From positions 1 through 64,000 of the forward strand of contig NW_021832270.1 of the NCBI RefSeq assembly GCF_006345805.1: 64,000 bases of DNA. Direction: 5' to 3'. Below are positions 1-11,013 of this stretch, piece by piece. Position 1 is the stretch's first letter. Each line of letters begins with the position of its first letter. The notes beneath the pieces were generated by a model. The model did not search any database, had not been told where the DNA came from, and worked only from the letters and a program-made list of their open reading frames with translations. This DNA is from Octopus sinensis. Its lineage: Eukaryota. Position numbers and translations under genes: made by a program.

Positions 1-1068
1 CTGGTGCCCTTTTGACACTAACCTTTTTTAAGGAGATTCTGTTGTGTTTGCAGATATTCAAAGAATAGGGTTTCTTCCCTGCTCAACCTCATTCTCTCCA
101 AGGTTCAGAAAAAAGTGTTGTGGCAGGCCCCCAATCTCCTTCCCTGTCTACACCCTTAAGAAAAAAAAAGGGAAAAGAAATATAGAAGACGATATGATTA
201 AAGCATTCCAGTCGTGACCATCTTGTCAGAATGGTGTGCCTATGTGACTGACAATGCGTGTGTATGGTGTGTGGTCTCCCACAAGTGTGTCGAAAGAGGT
301 GGTGGTAAGGTCAATATTTTCACCCTGCCCTCTCCTTACTTTCATTTTTTTTATATCATATACAAGGCCCTGTTTGAAATAGGTTTGCGAACTAGCCAGC
401 TAGCCACTTGGCTATCTCAATAGCTAGCTAGCTAGCTCACTAGGTAGTTGGTTGTCTTAGCAACAAACACTGCTACTAAGTTGTCTTCAGAAAACTACTA
501 CTTCTTCTCACTGTGTATGTCTGTCTATCTCTGTGTGAGCGAACCTGTGCTTGCCTCTAAGTGTGTGCGTGCATGCGTGTGTGTATATGTGTGTGTGTGC
601 TTGATATTTAATTAATTCATAGATGCTGATAGCAATAGCAGTGAATTATTGATTTTCCTTCTTGATGACTCTTTTTTTTGGTTTTTACTTTGGCTTGTTG
701 GAAGTGGAAACTTTCAAGTTGTACTAAATAGCCGAATAATAGTCATACTAATTAACGAAGACATAGTCCTCTCTCTCTCTCTCCTCTCTCTCTCTATCTC
801 TCTTTCTCTCCCTCTCTCTTTCTGCACTCTGTCTGTCTGTCAGTCATTGTCTTTGTCTGCTTCTCCTTCTCCTCTCTCTCTGTCTGTCTCTGTCTATACA
901 CACACAATACACATAAATATATACCACACCATGCTCACATAATGTGCATATAATATATAGATTATATATATATATATATATATATCTATATATATGTATG
1001 TATGTATGTATATGTTTGTATATATATATATACACCACACACACAAATATATATTCATATATATGTAT

Positions 1069-1100
<32 letters not shown>

Positions 1101-1464
1101 GTATATATATATATGTGTGTGTATATATATATATTATACAGAGAGAGAGAGATGAGAGAAAGAGATACAAATATAAAGATGCAAAGGCACAGCCACACTA
1201 GTAGGTAAACCCACATACTTATCTACTCATGCACACATACAGGTACATGTGTATATACAAGTAAAGCCACACTATGAAGCACAGACACACACGCACGCAC
1301 ACATAAATGAAAAGATGCACATGTGTACATACACAGATGCACATTTATGCACATGTGCAGACATATGCATTATCAGTCAAAGCAATATTTTTCTACCTCT
1401 ATACACACACACACATACATAGAGAGAGGCATAAGTGTAAATATATATATATATATATATATAT

Positions 1465-1650
1465 CATGGCTGTGTGGTTAGGGAGCTTGCTTCCTAGCTA
1501 CATGGTTTCGGGTTCAGTCCCACTGCGTGGCACTTTGTGTAGGTGTCTTCCACTATAGCCCCGAGCTGACCGGAGCTTTGTGATTGAATTCGGCAGGCGG
1601 AAGTTACTGCCGTGTGTGCATATGTGCTTGTAGGTGCTTGTGCCTCTCCC
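1465..1650 (+). mobile_element. tRNA-derived SINE, family E, 5' half
   Basis: tggctgtgtggttagggagc...gggttcagtcccactgcgtggcac matches the heads of the copies at 9173, 38037 and 55185; it has A-box- and B-box-like motifs. Confidence 0.75.
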
Positions 1651-1665
1651 CAAAGAGAGAGAGGG

Positions 1666-1712
<47 letters not shown>

Positions 1713-1740
1713 ATATATATTATATATATATTAACTTTAA

Positions 1741-1816
1741 CAACTCGTACGCGGTTTCTGCTTCTTTCTAGCAAAACCACAATATGTTTGCTAAGGCTGG
1801 CTTCATCAGCGAGTCG
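1741..1816 (-). ncRNA. Type I hammerhead ribozyme-like motif with extended stem II, in a (TA)n-flanked element
   Basis: Minus strand reads CGACUCG-CUGAUGA-AGCCAGCC[UUAGCAAAC..GUUUUGCUAG]AAAGAAGCA-GAAA-CCGCG-UA-CGAGUUG. Stem I is 7 bp and the core is intact, but the base of stem II is imperfect. Confidence 0.6.
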
Positions 1817-1977
1817 CCTGAATTTAATCGCGGTCTGCAGCGATGTGGGGCTATATGTTAACCCGACTACTAGCAGATCTTATATATGTATATATATATA
1901 TATATAATATGTATATATATATGTGTATTGTATATTATATATGTATATGTATATATATATAATATATGTATGTATAT

Positions 1978-2025
<48 letters not shown>

Positions 2026-3565
2026 TGTTATATATATATAGATATATATATATATATATATGTAGATATTATATAGCTATATATATGTAGGTCCCGGGTT
2101 GATCCGGGGTTAACCACAGTAAGTAAGGTACTCAATACATCCTTCTATATAATAATATATATATATAATATATAATGTATATGTATATATATAATATTAT
2201 ATATATTATATATATATGTATATGTATATATAACATATATATATTATATGTTATAATGTATATAATATGTATATATATATATTATATCTATATATATATA
2301 TACATACACACACCTCCGCATACAGATATTCAGCATGGAGTGTTGCATAAATACAGACATAGATAAAAGCAGTCTGACAGACAGTCAGACAACAACACGC
2401 TGTCGTTTTGACAAACAGACAATTATACATACACACACCGAGACACACACACAAATATACACACCTGTTCATACATCATACACTCTAAATGGTCATTTGA
2501 TCCGCTAGTAATAGCAGCCAGTTTTTCTCCTTCAAGTTACGGTCTGCTGTTTTATATACTCTTGTATATACCAAACAGTGTAGTTTTGGATGTACGGAGA
2601 GAGACATGATGGTCATGGATGGAATGCCTTTGATCATATATCTTACTGGTGCAGGGATGATTTCGTGCTGAATGGCAACAAATACTACAGCAATAACAAC
2701 AATAAATGCATACACACACACACGCGCGTGCACACACACACACACACACACACATGCGTGCATGCACACTCACATGCATGCACAGACATACGCACACACA
2801 TAGGTGAATTCCTGCACAGACAAACATATGCAGGAAAGATACCGGTTGTGTGCAACAAGTGCACGTGCATGCACCACACAGATGATGATGATGATGATGA
2901 TATCCTCATATTTTAATGTTTTGCAATTAATACTGTTGTGTGTATGTGTGTGTGTGTATATATATATGTGTGTGTGTGTGTATATATATGTCTGTGTGTG
3001 TATATATGTGTGTGTGTTTTGTGTGTGTATATATGTGTGTGTGTGTGTATGTATAATGTGTGTGTGTGTGTGTGTGTGTGTTTGTATTTGTCCTCTCACT
3101 GCTTGACAACCGTTGTTGGTTTGTTTACTTCCTTGTCTATTTCCTAGCAGTTTGGCAAAAGGGTCCAATAGAATTAGTACCAAACTTGGAAAAAAAAAAT
3201 AGGTACAGGGGCCGGTTTGTTCAGCTAAGTGTTCCGAGACAGTGCTCCAGCATGGGCTGCAGTCCTGTGACTAAAACAAGTAAAAGATAAATGATGCCGT
3301 GAATTCTCGAATGACAGACACACAGACAGACCCAAATACACATAGGGGACACTGGTAAGACACACTGGGTGACAGAGAGACATAGAGGGACAGAGATATG
3401 ATTAGACTCTCTATCTCTCCCTCTCTCTCTCTCTCTCTCACTTTTTCTCCCCCTCTTTCTCTCTCTCTCTTTTTTCTCTGTCTCTTTCTCTCTCCCTTTC
3501 TCTCTCTCTCTTTCTCTTTCCCTCTTTCTCTTCTCTTTTTTCTCTGTCTCTCTCTCTCTCACACT

Positions 3566-3599
<34 letters not shown>

Positions 3600-3823
3600 G
3601 GTGATCGGGTATATGTCAGTTCAGGACTATGTTATCTAATGCATCTCTCTCATTAGAAAATAGTTGATGTGATTGCGATTTGAAGGAAATTTGGTTTTAT
3701 TTCTAGCAGGTCATGCCAACCATGTAAAGACTCCCTCAGTGGTAGGGCAGTGGTGGTTGTACTTATGATGTTATTTGTATTGATATGTTGGTAAACATGG
3801 TAATGATGCGTGTGGTACACACA

Positions 3824-4005
3824 CAGGTTTTGAGACTTATTTGTGAACTTTCAGTTTCTGTATCAATAATTGATATGATGATCATCACAATTCAGCTGTT
3901 ACAAGTTCGGTGCACGTACTGAGCTTATAACGGCTGAAGTAGAATAACAGTCACTATATTGTTGACGCAGAAACTTAAAGTTCTGAATGTGAGTCTCAAA
4001 ACCTG
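3824..4005. mobile_element. Fold-back MITE, Tc1/mariner-like CAG termini
   Basis: TIRs caggttttgagact / agtctcaaaacctg. Inner arms ttcagctgttacaagttcggt / actgagcttataacggctgaa are also complementary, so the whole 182 bp is a near-palindrome. Confidence 0.7.
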
Positions 4006-4190
4006 CATCATACAGTGCTCTGTTTCTGATATTGAGGTCTACCATCATACAGTGCTCTATTTCTGATATTGAGGTCTACCATCATACAGTGCTCTGTTTC
4101 TGATATTGAGGTCTACCATCATATAGTGCTCTGTTTCTGATATTGAGGTCTACCATCATACAGTGCTCTGTTTCTGATATTGTGGTCTAC
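4006..4190. repeat. 37-bp minisatellite, 5 copies
   Basis: Unit catcatacagtgctctgtttctgatattgaggtctac starts at 4006, 4043, 4080, 4117 and 4154. Confidence 0.95.
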
Positions 4191-4474
4191 CTTTTTTGTC
4201 ATCACATGTGATTTGTCTGTATGCTTGTAGGTGTGTGTCTGTGTGTGCATATACAGAAGTGGTGCTGATAAAGATCAGTTAAATATGATTTCATTCAACT
4301 GTTGTAGCGATCCTTCAGTTTTTCTAAGCCCTGTGAAAGAACTTGGAAGGTTAGGCCTCCAGTCAGGCCTTTTGCGATACCCTTAAAGCCAGGATCTTTT
4401 CTGTACCCCCTCGTGTGTGTATGTATGTGTGTGTTGTGTGTGAGAGTGTGTGTGTATGTGTGTGTGTATATGTG

Positions 4475-4690
4475 TATGGTAGGGGTTCTGAAAAGTTCTT
4501 GGCTTTGAGTAAAAAAAGAGGATCAGCTAAATAGGATTTTCTTCAACATATTTCCCTCTAAGATTTGCTCACCTTTTGTAATGGTCCTTCAGGTTTTCTA
4601 AGCCCTGTAAAAGAACTCAGAATGTGTGGCCTCCAACCAGGCCCTTTGCGATACCCTTAAAGCTAGGGACTTTTCAGCAACCCTTCACAT
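4475..4690. mobile_element. Mariner-like MITE; a decayed partial copy lies at about 4260-4410
   Basis: Imperfect TIRs ggggttctgaaaagttcttggcttt / aaagctagggacttttcagcaaccc; the interior is shared with 4270-4400. Confidence 0.6.
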
Positions 4691-5386
4691 ACATATACAT
4701 GTGGTATTGGTGATGTTATGTTAACAGAGGTCATAGTGTCAGTGACAACAATGATGATGATGATGATAATAATGTTGATGGTAGTAGTGACAGTGGTGGT
4801 AGTAGTGTTTACTGGTACTTGAAACAGTTGTAGTGTTAGTTTGAAAAGTAGTAATGGTGGTGATAGTAGCATTAGTAGTAGTAGTGATGGCAGTGGTGGT
4901 TGTAGCAGCTGCAGCAGTAGTAATAGTAGTTGTAAAGAAATATGAGTTGTGGCAGTAGTATTGGTATTAGTAAGAATGGTGGTGGTGGTGGTGGAGGTGG
5001 TAGTATTAGTGTTTTTTTTTTTGTTTGGTGGAAGTTTTAACTCTTCATGTGATAGTCCTTTCTCTTGGTGAGTAAATTAATTACTTATTTTTGAGGAAAA
5101 AAAAAATTATATATAAAATAATTAAAATGAAAATTATTTTAATTTCGTAGCATGTCTTAATTCTTATCAGAGGAAAGGAAAGGTTAAGTTATATCTAAAA
5201 TCCTATATTTTAAATTTAATTTAATTAAACGAAAAAGTAATTATAATATTTTTCTTCTTTAATTGATATATGTGTGTATATATGTGTATGCATGTATGTG
5301 TATGTATCTGTGTATATGTATATGTGTGTGCATGTGTATACTTATGTATGTGTGTGTATGTATATATATGTATGTCTGCGTATATA

Positions 5387-5436
<50 letters not shown>

Positions 5437-5954
5437 TGCATACATATATATCCATCCCATCACTCGTATATGTTTTTTTTGGTTTTCACTTTTCTGTTTG
5501 GTTTTGGAGAGGATTTTGATAAGAAAATTTTATTTATAGTCTAAATAACCAAAATTGTATCTCAAAGAAGCTAAGTTATTAAGGAATCATATTATATTCA
5601 TTTAAGGATTTCGTTCTTGTTGTTTTCCTTTTTAAAGAAATTTATTTCAGAAAAACTTTGTTTTGATTTAATTAGTAGAGATAAAAAGTAAACCTATTCC
5701 CCCCATGGGATTTGAACTCAGTATATTCAGGACATAAAATTAAATGAATGCTGTGAGACAGTTAGTTCAACTGCTCTGCCATTTCTTTGTTCATTCATGA
5801 GTCTTTTTGCTGACCAAGGCCTTGTGAGTCCACTGAATTCTGAAACTGAAGGAAGCCTGCTCTGTGTGAGTGAGAGAGAGAGAGACCTTGTTATTCAGCC
5901 CTCCTTTTATGCCATCTTGTAAACTCACAATGTCTCTCAGTGATGGAGGTGGGT

Positions 5955-6590
5955 GCTGCTAACCCGAATCCGGAACCACTAATCTACAAGTAGATGCATT
6001 AAATCCACCTTGTCTGATATGACAGAATAGGATCTCAAGCGGCGAGCTGGCAGAAACGTTAGCATGCCGGGCGGAATGCCTAGTGGTATTTCCTCTGTCG
6101 CTACATTCTGAGTTCAAATTCCGCCGAGGTTGACTTTGCCTTTCATCCTTTCGGGGTCGATTAAATAAGTACCAGTTATGCACTGGGGTCGATATAATCG
6201 ACTTAATCCGTTTGTCTGTCCTTGTTTGTCCCTTCTGTGTGTAGCCCCTTGTGGGCAGTAAAGAAATAAGAATAGGATCTCAAGCTGTCAAATTCATTTG
6301 GGTTGTGTAACCAGGAAAAGGGCTTCTCTCTCTCTCTCTCTTTTCACTCTCTCTCTCTCTCTTTCACTCTCTCACTTTCACTCTCTCTCCCTCTTTCACT
6401 CTCTCTCTTTCTCTCTTTCACTCTCTCTCCCTCTCTCTTCCTCTCTCTCCCTCTCAATCAATGAAAAATGTATCAGTAGTTGTTTTAATGTTTAATCCTT
6501 GATCAACTTCAATGAATCACGCTTATCAGAGGCAATCCAACCATGACCACCCCTTTTTATTTTCAAGCCTAGTATATCTTGGACTAGTTT
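5955..6590. repeat. Dispersed repeat, second diverged copy at about 8070-8415; this copy is interrupted by a SINE
   Basis: Both loci share gctgtcaaattcatttggg, a (CT)n tract and gcaatccaaccatgac(c/t)acccc..ttttcaagcctagtatatct. Confidence 0.7.
6041..6270 (+). mobile_element. tRNA-derived SINE, family A, full length with TSD
   Basis: ggcgagctggcagaaacgttagc...gagttcaaattccgcc...aaagaaataag, flanked by the 17-bp direct repeat agaataggatctcaagc (6024-6040 and 6269-6285). Confidence 0.9.
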
Positions 6591-6805
6591 ACAACTACTC
6601 TTTTATTCTTCTATTTGTTTCAGTCATTTGACTGTGGCCATGCTGGAGCACCACCTTTAGTCGAACAAATCACCCCCAGGACTTATTCTTTGTAAGCCTA
6701 GTACTTATTCTATCGGCCACTGTTGCCAAACCATTTAGTTATGGGGGTGCAAACATACCAACATTGGTTGTCAAGCGATGATGGGTGAACAAACACAGAC
6801 ATACA

Positions 6806-6836
<31 letters not shown>

Positions 6837-6877
6837 GGTGTAGCAATGTGATAAAGTCTTTGGTGTAGCAATTGCAC

Positions 6878-6970
6878 GCGGCTAAAGAAGGCTTTTGAAC
6901 TATCTGTTATGTCGATTATGCATTGATGTAAGAATAAGTTGTTCTATAAAGCCCGAAACATATGTACCGC
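6878..6970 (+). ncRNA. Hammerhead ribozyme-like motif with G5A core mutation, probably inactive
   Basis: GCGG-CUAAAGA-A-GGCUUU...AAAGCC-C-GAAA-CAUAUG-UA-CCGC. Stems I and II pair, stem III is the palindrome ACAUAUGU, and the motif lies between (TA)n tracts. Confidence 0.6.
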
Positions 6971-8868
6971 AACATCCTTTGTGTCCTGTTTTTCGTTTAT
7001 TTCATTTGATATATATATATATAATATATATATGCATGAATTGATGGAGATTTGGTTTCTATTTCTAGCAGATTGAATGACCACTAAAAAGCCCCTCCTC
7101 ACACCCGTACCCCACCTGTCTCTGTCTTCAGCTAAAAAAAAAATAAACAAAAACATTTGATGCTTATATATCATTGTTTCTTTTTGTCTCCTAGTACCAA
7201 CATACCTTACCTACCTACCTACCTACCTTACCTACCTACCTACCTACCTACCTACCTACCTATTTACATACCTATTGGCATACCTACATACTTATATATT
7301 ATATACACACTTTTACCTTCTACTCGTATTCAATATTGATTAGAATTCAAAGATGTTGATTTAATTGTAATGTAGAAAATGTTTTGAAGAATTGATGCAG
7401 GAATTTCGGTGATGAATTTAATAAGATTGTCAGTAACATGTCTAACTTCATTGTTGTGGAATTGTGCAAAAATTGGACAGCTTAATCTAATGTTTCTGGT
7501 TTATATTCTCTGTTTGTAGCAAACAGTTATTTTAATTGTTCCCGATCAGATCAAACACTCTCGTCTCTCCTAATACTGGTGGTCTGTTAGCTTTCACAAT
7601 TGTTATTTCCCTAATTTTATTAGTTTGTTTCTGAACTATACACAATAATCATTTTAAAATAATTATTCCGTGTGTTAGTGTTACTAATTTATTTTGTTTG
7701 GTATATTTTAATTTATTTCATTTCTAATTTCTTTTTTTTTTTTTTTTGTTATGTGCATACATGTGTGCATATGTATATGTGTGTGTGTGTGTGTGCGTTT
7801 GTTTGGTGCTGATGACTTTGTATTTGAAAAGCTGAGGAACTTTGTGTGAAATTGAACTAAGAGGATGCAGACCGTCAAGTTGGTTTATATAATGAACAGT
7901 AATAACAGCGGAGAGGCTGGCAGTTCATGCTGATGTCACTGGTTCAGTCATGTGTCTGTTGTTCAAGATATTAACTTTTTTTTTCCAAATTGCTTCACCT
8001 GTGACTTGCAGTAACTAAAGTGTTCATCAACATCATCATCATCATCATCATCATTATCATTTAGGGTCTGCTAACCCCAATCCAGAACCACCGCTCCAGA
8101 ACTTGATACACTAAGTTCACCTTGTCTAAGTCTAATGTGATAAAGTATGATCGAAGGCTGTCAAATTCATTTGGGATGAACATCCAATTAAAGGGTCACT
8201 CTCTCTCTCTCCCTCCCCGTCTGTCTCTCTCTCCCCGTCTGTCTCTCTCCCTGTCTGTCTCTGTCTCTCTCTGGTTTAACCATAAAGATATATTAGTAGT
8301 TGTTTTAATGACTGATCCTTCGTCAATCTTGATCGCACGTATCTATGATCAGAAGCAATCCAACCATGACTACCCCTTTTTATTTTCAAGCCTAGTATAT
8401 CTAGGACTAGCTTATTGTGACTGTGCTTGTGCCATGTAAAAGAAACACAAAGTCCCCTCTGCTGGGTGGTCGGTGTTAGGAAGGGCATCCAACTGTAGAA
8501 ATCCTGCTAGAACAATCATAGAAGCCTGGTGCAGGCTTTTACCTGGCGAGCTCCCGTGAGATTGTTCCATCCATGCCAGCATGGAAGGTGGACGTTAGAC
8601 GATGATTATGATGACTGGAAGTGAAACAAATTATCAAAATCATCATCATCATCGTTTAGCGTCTGCTTTCCATGCTAGCATGGGTTGGCCGGTTCAGCTG
8701 GGGTCTGGGAAGCCAGAAGGCTGCACCAAAATAAAAATAAAAATGCAAATCTTCCTTTCTCTCTTAAATAGCTTAATCTTTTTCCATTCTGTGGAATTTC
8801 CATGGGTTCTACTGGTTTGTTATATTCTGTTGTCTTTTCAATTTTCTCCTTTTCTTCTTCTTTTACAG

Positions 8869-9050
8869 CTGCTTACAGAAGCCCCCCAGTGACATCCACT
8901 AACAACTTTGTGTCAACTAGCAGCTCTATTTTGACGTATACCACCCCAACTGGTAAAACTGGCACCTACAGTGATACTGTCTGCCAGCCTGTGGACAGAG
9001 TGGACCAGGGGGTTAATCCAAATCTTTCCATGCATCAATACATGTATCCG
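8869..9050 (+). CDS. Probable internal coding exon (182 nt, phase 1 to phase 0) of an unidentified host gene
   Basis: Polypyrimidine tract ttttctccttttcttcttcttttacag before 8869 and donor CCG|GTAAGC after 9050. The open, non-repetitive frame reads (x)AYRSPPVTSTNNFVSTSSSILTYTTPTGKTGTYSDTVCQPVDRVDQGVNPNLSMHQYMYP. No family recognised. Confidence 0.65.
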
Positions 9051-9172
9051 GTAAGCATTTTATTTGTCTCTTTCAGTTCACATCAACTAATTACTATTGA
9101 GGGAGCCTCCACAAGGAGTGAATTGCAAGCACATGATTAGCTGGAGAAATAAATCTGCAAATTATGACCACA

Positions 9173-9337
9173 TAGGCACAGGAGTGGCTGTGTGGTAAGT
9201 AGCTTGTTTACCAACCACATGGTTCCGGGTTCAGTCCTACTGCGTGGCACCTTGGGCAAGTGTCTTCTACTATAGCCTCGGGTCGACCAAAGCCTTGTGA
9301 GTGGATTTGGTAGACGGAAATGGAAAAGAAGCCTGTC

Positions 9338-9374
<37 letters not shown>

Positions 9375-9592
9375 TGTGTGTGTTTGTGTGTCTGTGTTTG
9401 TCCCCCTAGCATTGCTTGACAACCGATACTGGTGTGTTTATGTCCCCGTTACTTAGCGGTTCGGCAAAAGAGACCGATAGAATAAGTACTGGGCTTACAA
9501 AAGAATAAGTCCCGGGGTCGAGTTGCTCGATTAAAGGCGGTGCTCCAGCATGGCTGCAGTCAAATGACTGAAACAAGTAAAAGGGTAAAGAG
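9173..9592 (+). mobile_element. tRNA-derived SINE, family E, full length with internal (TA)n/(TG)n
   Basis: Head caggagtggctgtgtggtaagtagcttg...gggttcagtcc and tail gctccagcatggctgcagtcaaatgactgaaacaagtaaaag; near-identical to 38037-38455 and 55185-55590. Confidence 0.85.
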
Positions 9593-9627
9593 TACATAAG
9601 ACACAGATTATTATTGTTATCATTATT

Positions 9628-10445
9628 GAATGAGAGAGTAGTGCATGCCATCAAAGTAACTCTGTGGTACAAATATATTAAGCTCAATATAACTACCATG
9701 ACTACCCGTCTGATAAGGGCACACTAGGCACATGCATCACAGCCATATGTACGTGACATGGTGATCTCATATCAAGATTAATAGCACGTAACCTTGCAGG
9801 TGGGGCACAATTAGAATTTTCTTCAGCTCGAGTAGCCCACCCCACTCAAAACGTCCAAGATTAAAGGTTGTTTAAGGATATTGAAGGATGTTTCTGGAAG
9901 TGAATTATTCAAATCCCAAAGAATTCCTTTCAACACACAGCTATGATGCTCCCCCACTACTTCTGCTCGTGATCAGAGATGCACATATCGTCAGCCACTA
10001 AAGGACATGCTCAACTGGTTACGGTTAAGCAACTGATAAGCAGATCTGTGGTATTGAACAGATCTGTGGTATTGAACAGATCTGTGGTATTGTAAGGCGG
10101 CGAACTGGCAGAAACGTTAGCATGCCGGGCGAAATGCTTAGCGGTATTTCGTCTGCGTTACGTTGTGAGTTCAAATTCCGCCAAGGTCGACTTTGCCTTT
10201 CATCCTTTCGGGGTCGATAAATAAAGTATCAGTTACGAACTGGGGTCGATGTAATCGACTTAATACCTATGTCTGTCCTTGTTTGTTCCCTCTGTGTTTA
10301 GCCCCTTGTGGGTAATAAAGAAATAGGTATTGAACAGAATATTTAGTGTATCCCTTCTTTTTATACCAAGACAAAACATGTACATGATGTCATTCCCAAT
10401 CAGTTAAGAGCTAAAGCCATGAGGGCCACTGCCTGGTATTGTATT
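9628..10445. mobile_element. Unclassified interspersed repeat (family F), second copy at about 12417-12905; contains a nested family A SINE
   Basis: tgagagag..agtgcatgccatcaaag...gatgcacatat(c/t)gtc...tctgtggtattg aligns over about 480 bp between the two loci. Confidence 0.75.
10093..10326 (+). mobile_element. tRNA-derived SINE, family A, nested in family F
   Basis: aaggcggcgaactggcagaaacg...aaagaaatag, with ggtattg on both sides; the host sequence resumes as gtattgaacagaatattt. Confidence 0.85.
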
Positions 10446-10756
10446 AGGTGGTGGTCAGCAAACACAGTTGTTAGCATGCTGGACAAGATGCCTGGCAGTA
10501 TTTCACCAGTCTTCATCTTCTTACTCTCTTTTCTCTTTCACTCTTTTACTTGTGTCAGTCATTTGACTGTGGCTATGCTGGAGCAGCGCCTTTAGTTGAG
10601 CAAATCGACTCCAGGACTTATTCTTTGTAAGCCTAGTACTTATTCTATCGATCTCTTTTGCTGAACGGGGACGTAAACACACCAGCATTGTTTGTCAAGC
10701 GATGTTGGGTGGACAAACACAAACAGACAAACACACACACACACACACACACACAC

Positions 10757-10794
<38 letters not shown>

Positions 10795-10952
10795 TTATAA
10801 ACAAGGGCTAAAGAAAATTACTTCTATGCCAATATGCTGATAACAGACTTTTAAATCGTCAGTTTCCACATATTATTTACTCGCTACAGAAAACACGTAG
10901 AGCTGAAATCGAGGAAAGCCAGCCAACAGGATTTTTTGTAAAAAGTTCGTTA

Positions 10953-11013
10953 TTTCTATATTGAAGCAATTTCGGAATTAATCTCAATAAATTTTTTCCT
11001 CTTCAGTAGAAAA
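10953..11013 (-). ncRNA. Type I hammerhead ribozyme with canonical catalytic core
   Basis: Minus strand reads UUUCUA-CUGAAGA-GGAA(18 nt)UUCC-GAAA-UUG-CUU-CAA-UA-UAGAAA. All three stems pair, CUGANGA, GAAA and UH are intact, and cleavage is predicted after AUA (minus strand, position 10959). Confidence 0.8.

Noticed and set aside
6041-6130. tRNA gene calls for the GGCGG...GAGTTCAAATTCCGCC and similar heads
   Set aside because: They are multi-copy, diverged, continue into SINE bodies and have TSDs, so they are SINE heads, not tRNA genes.
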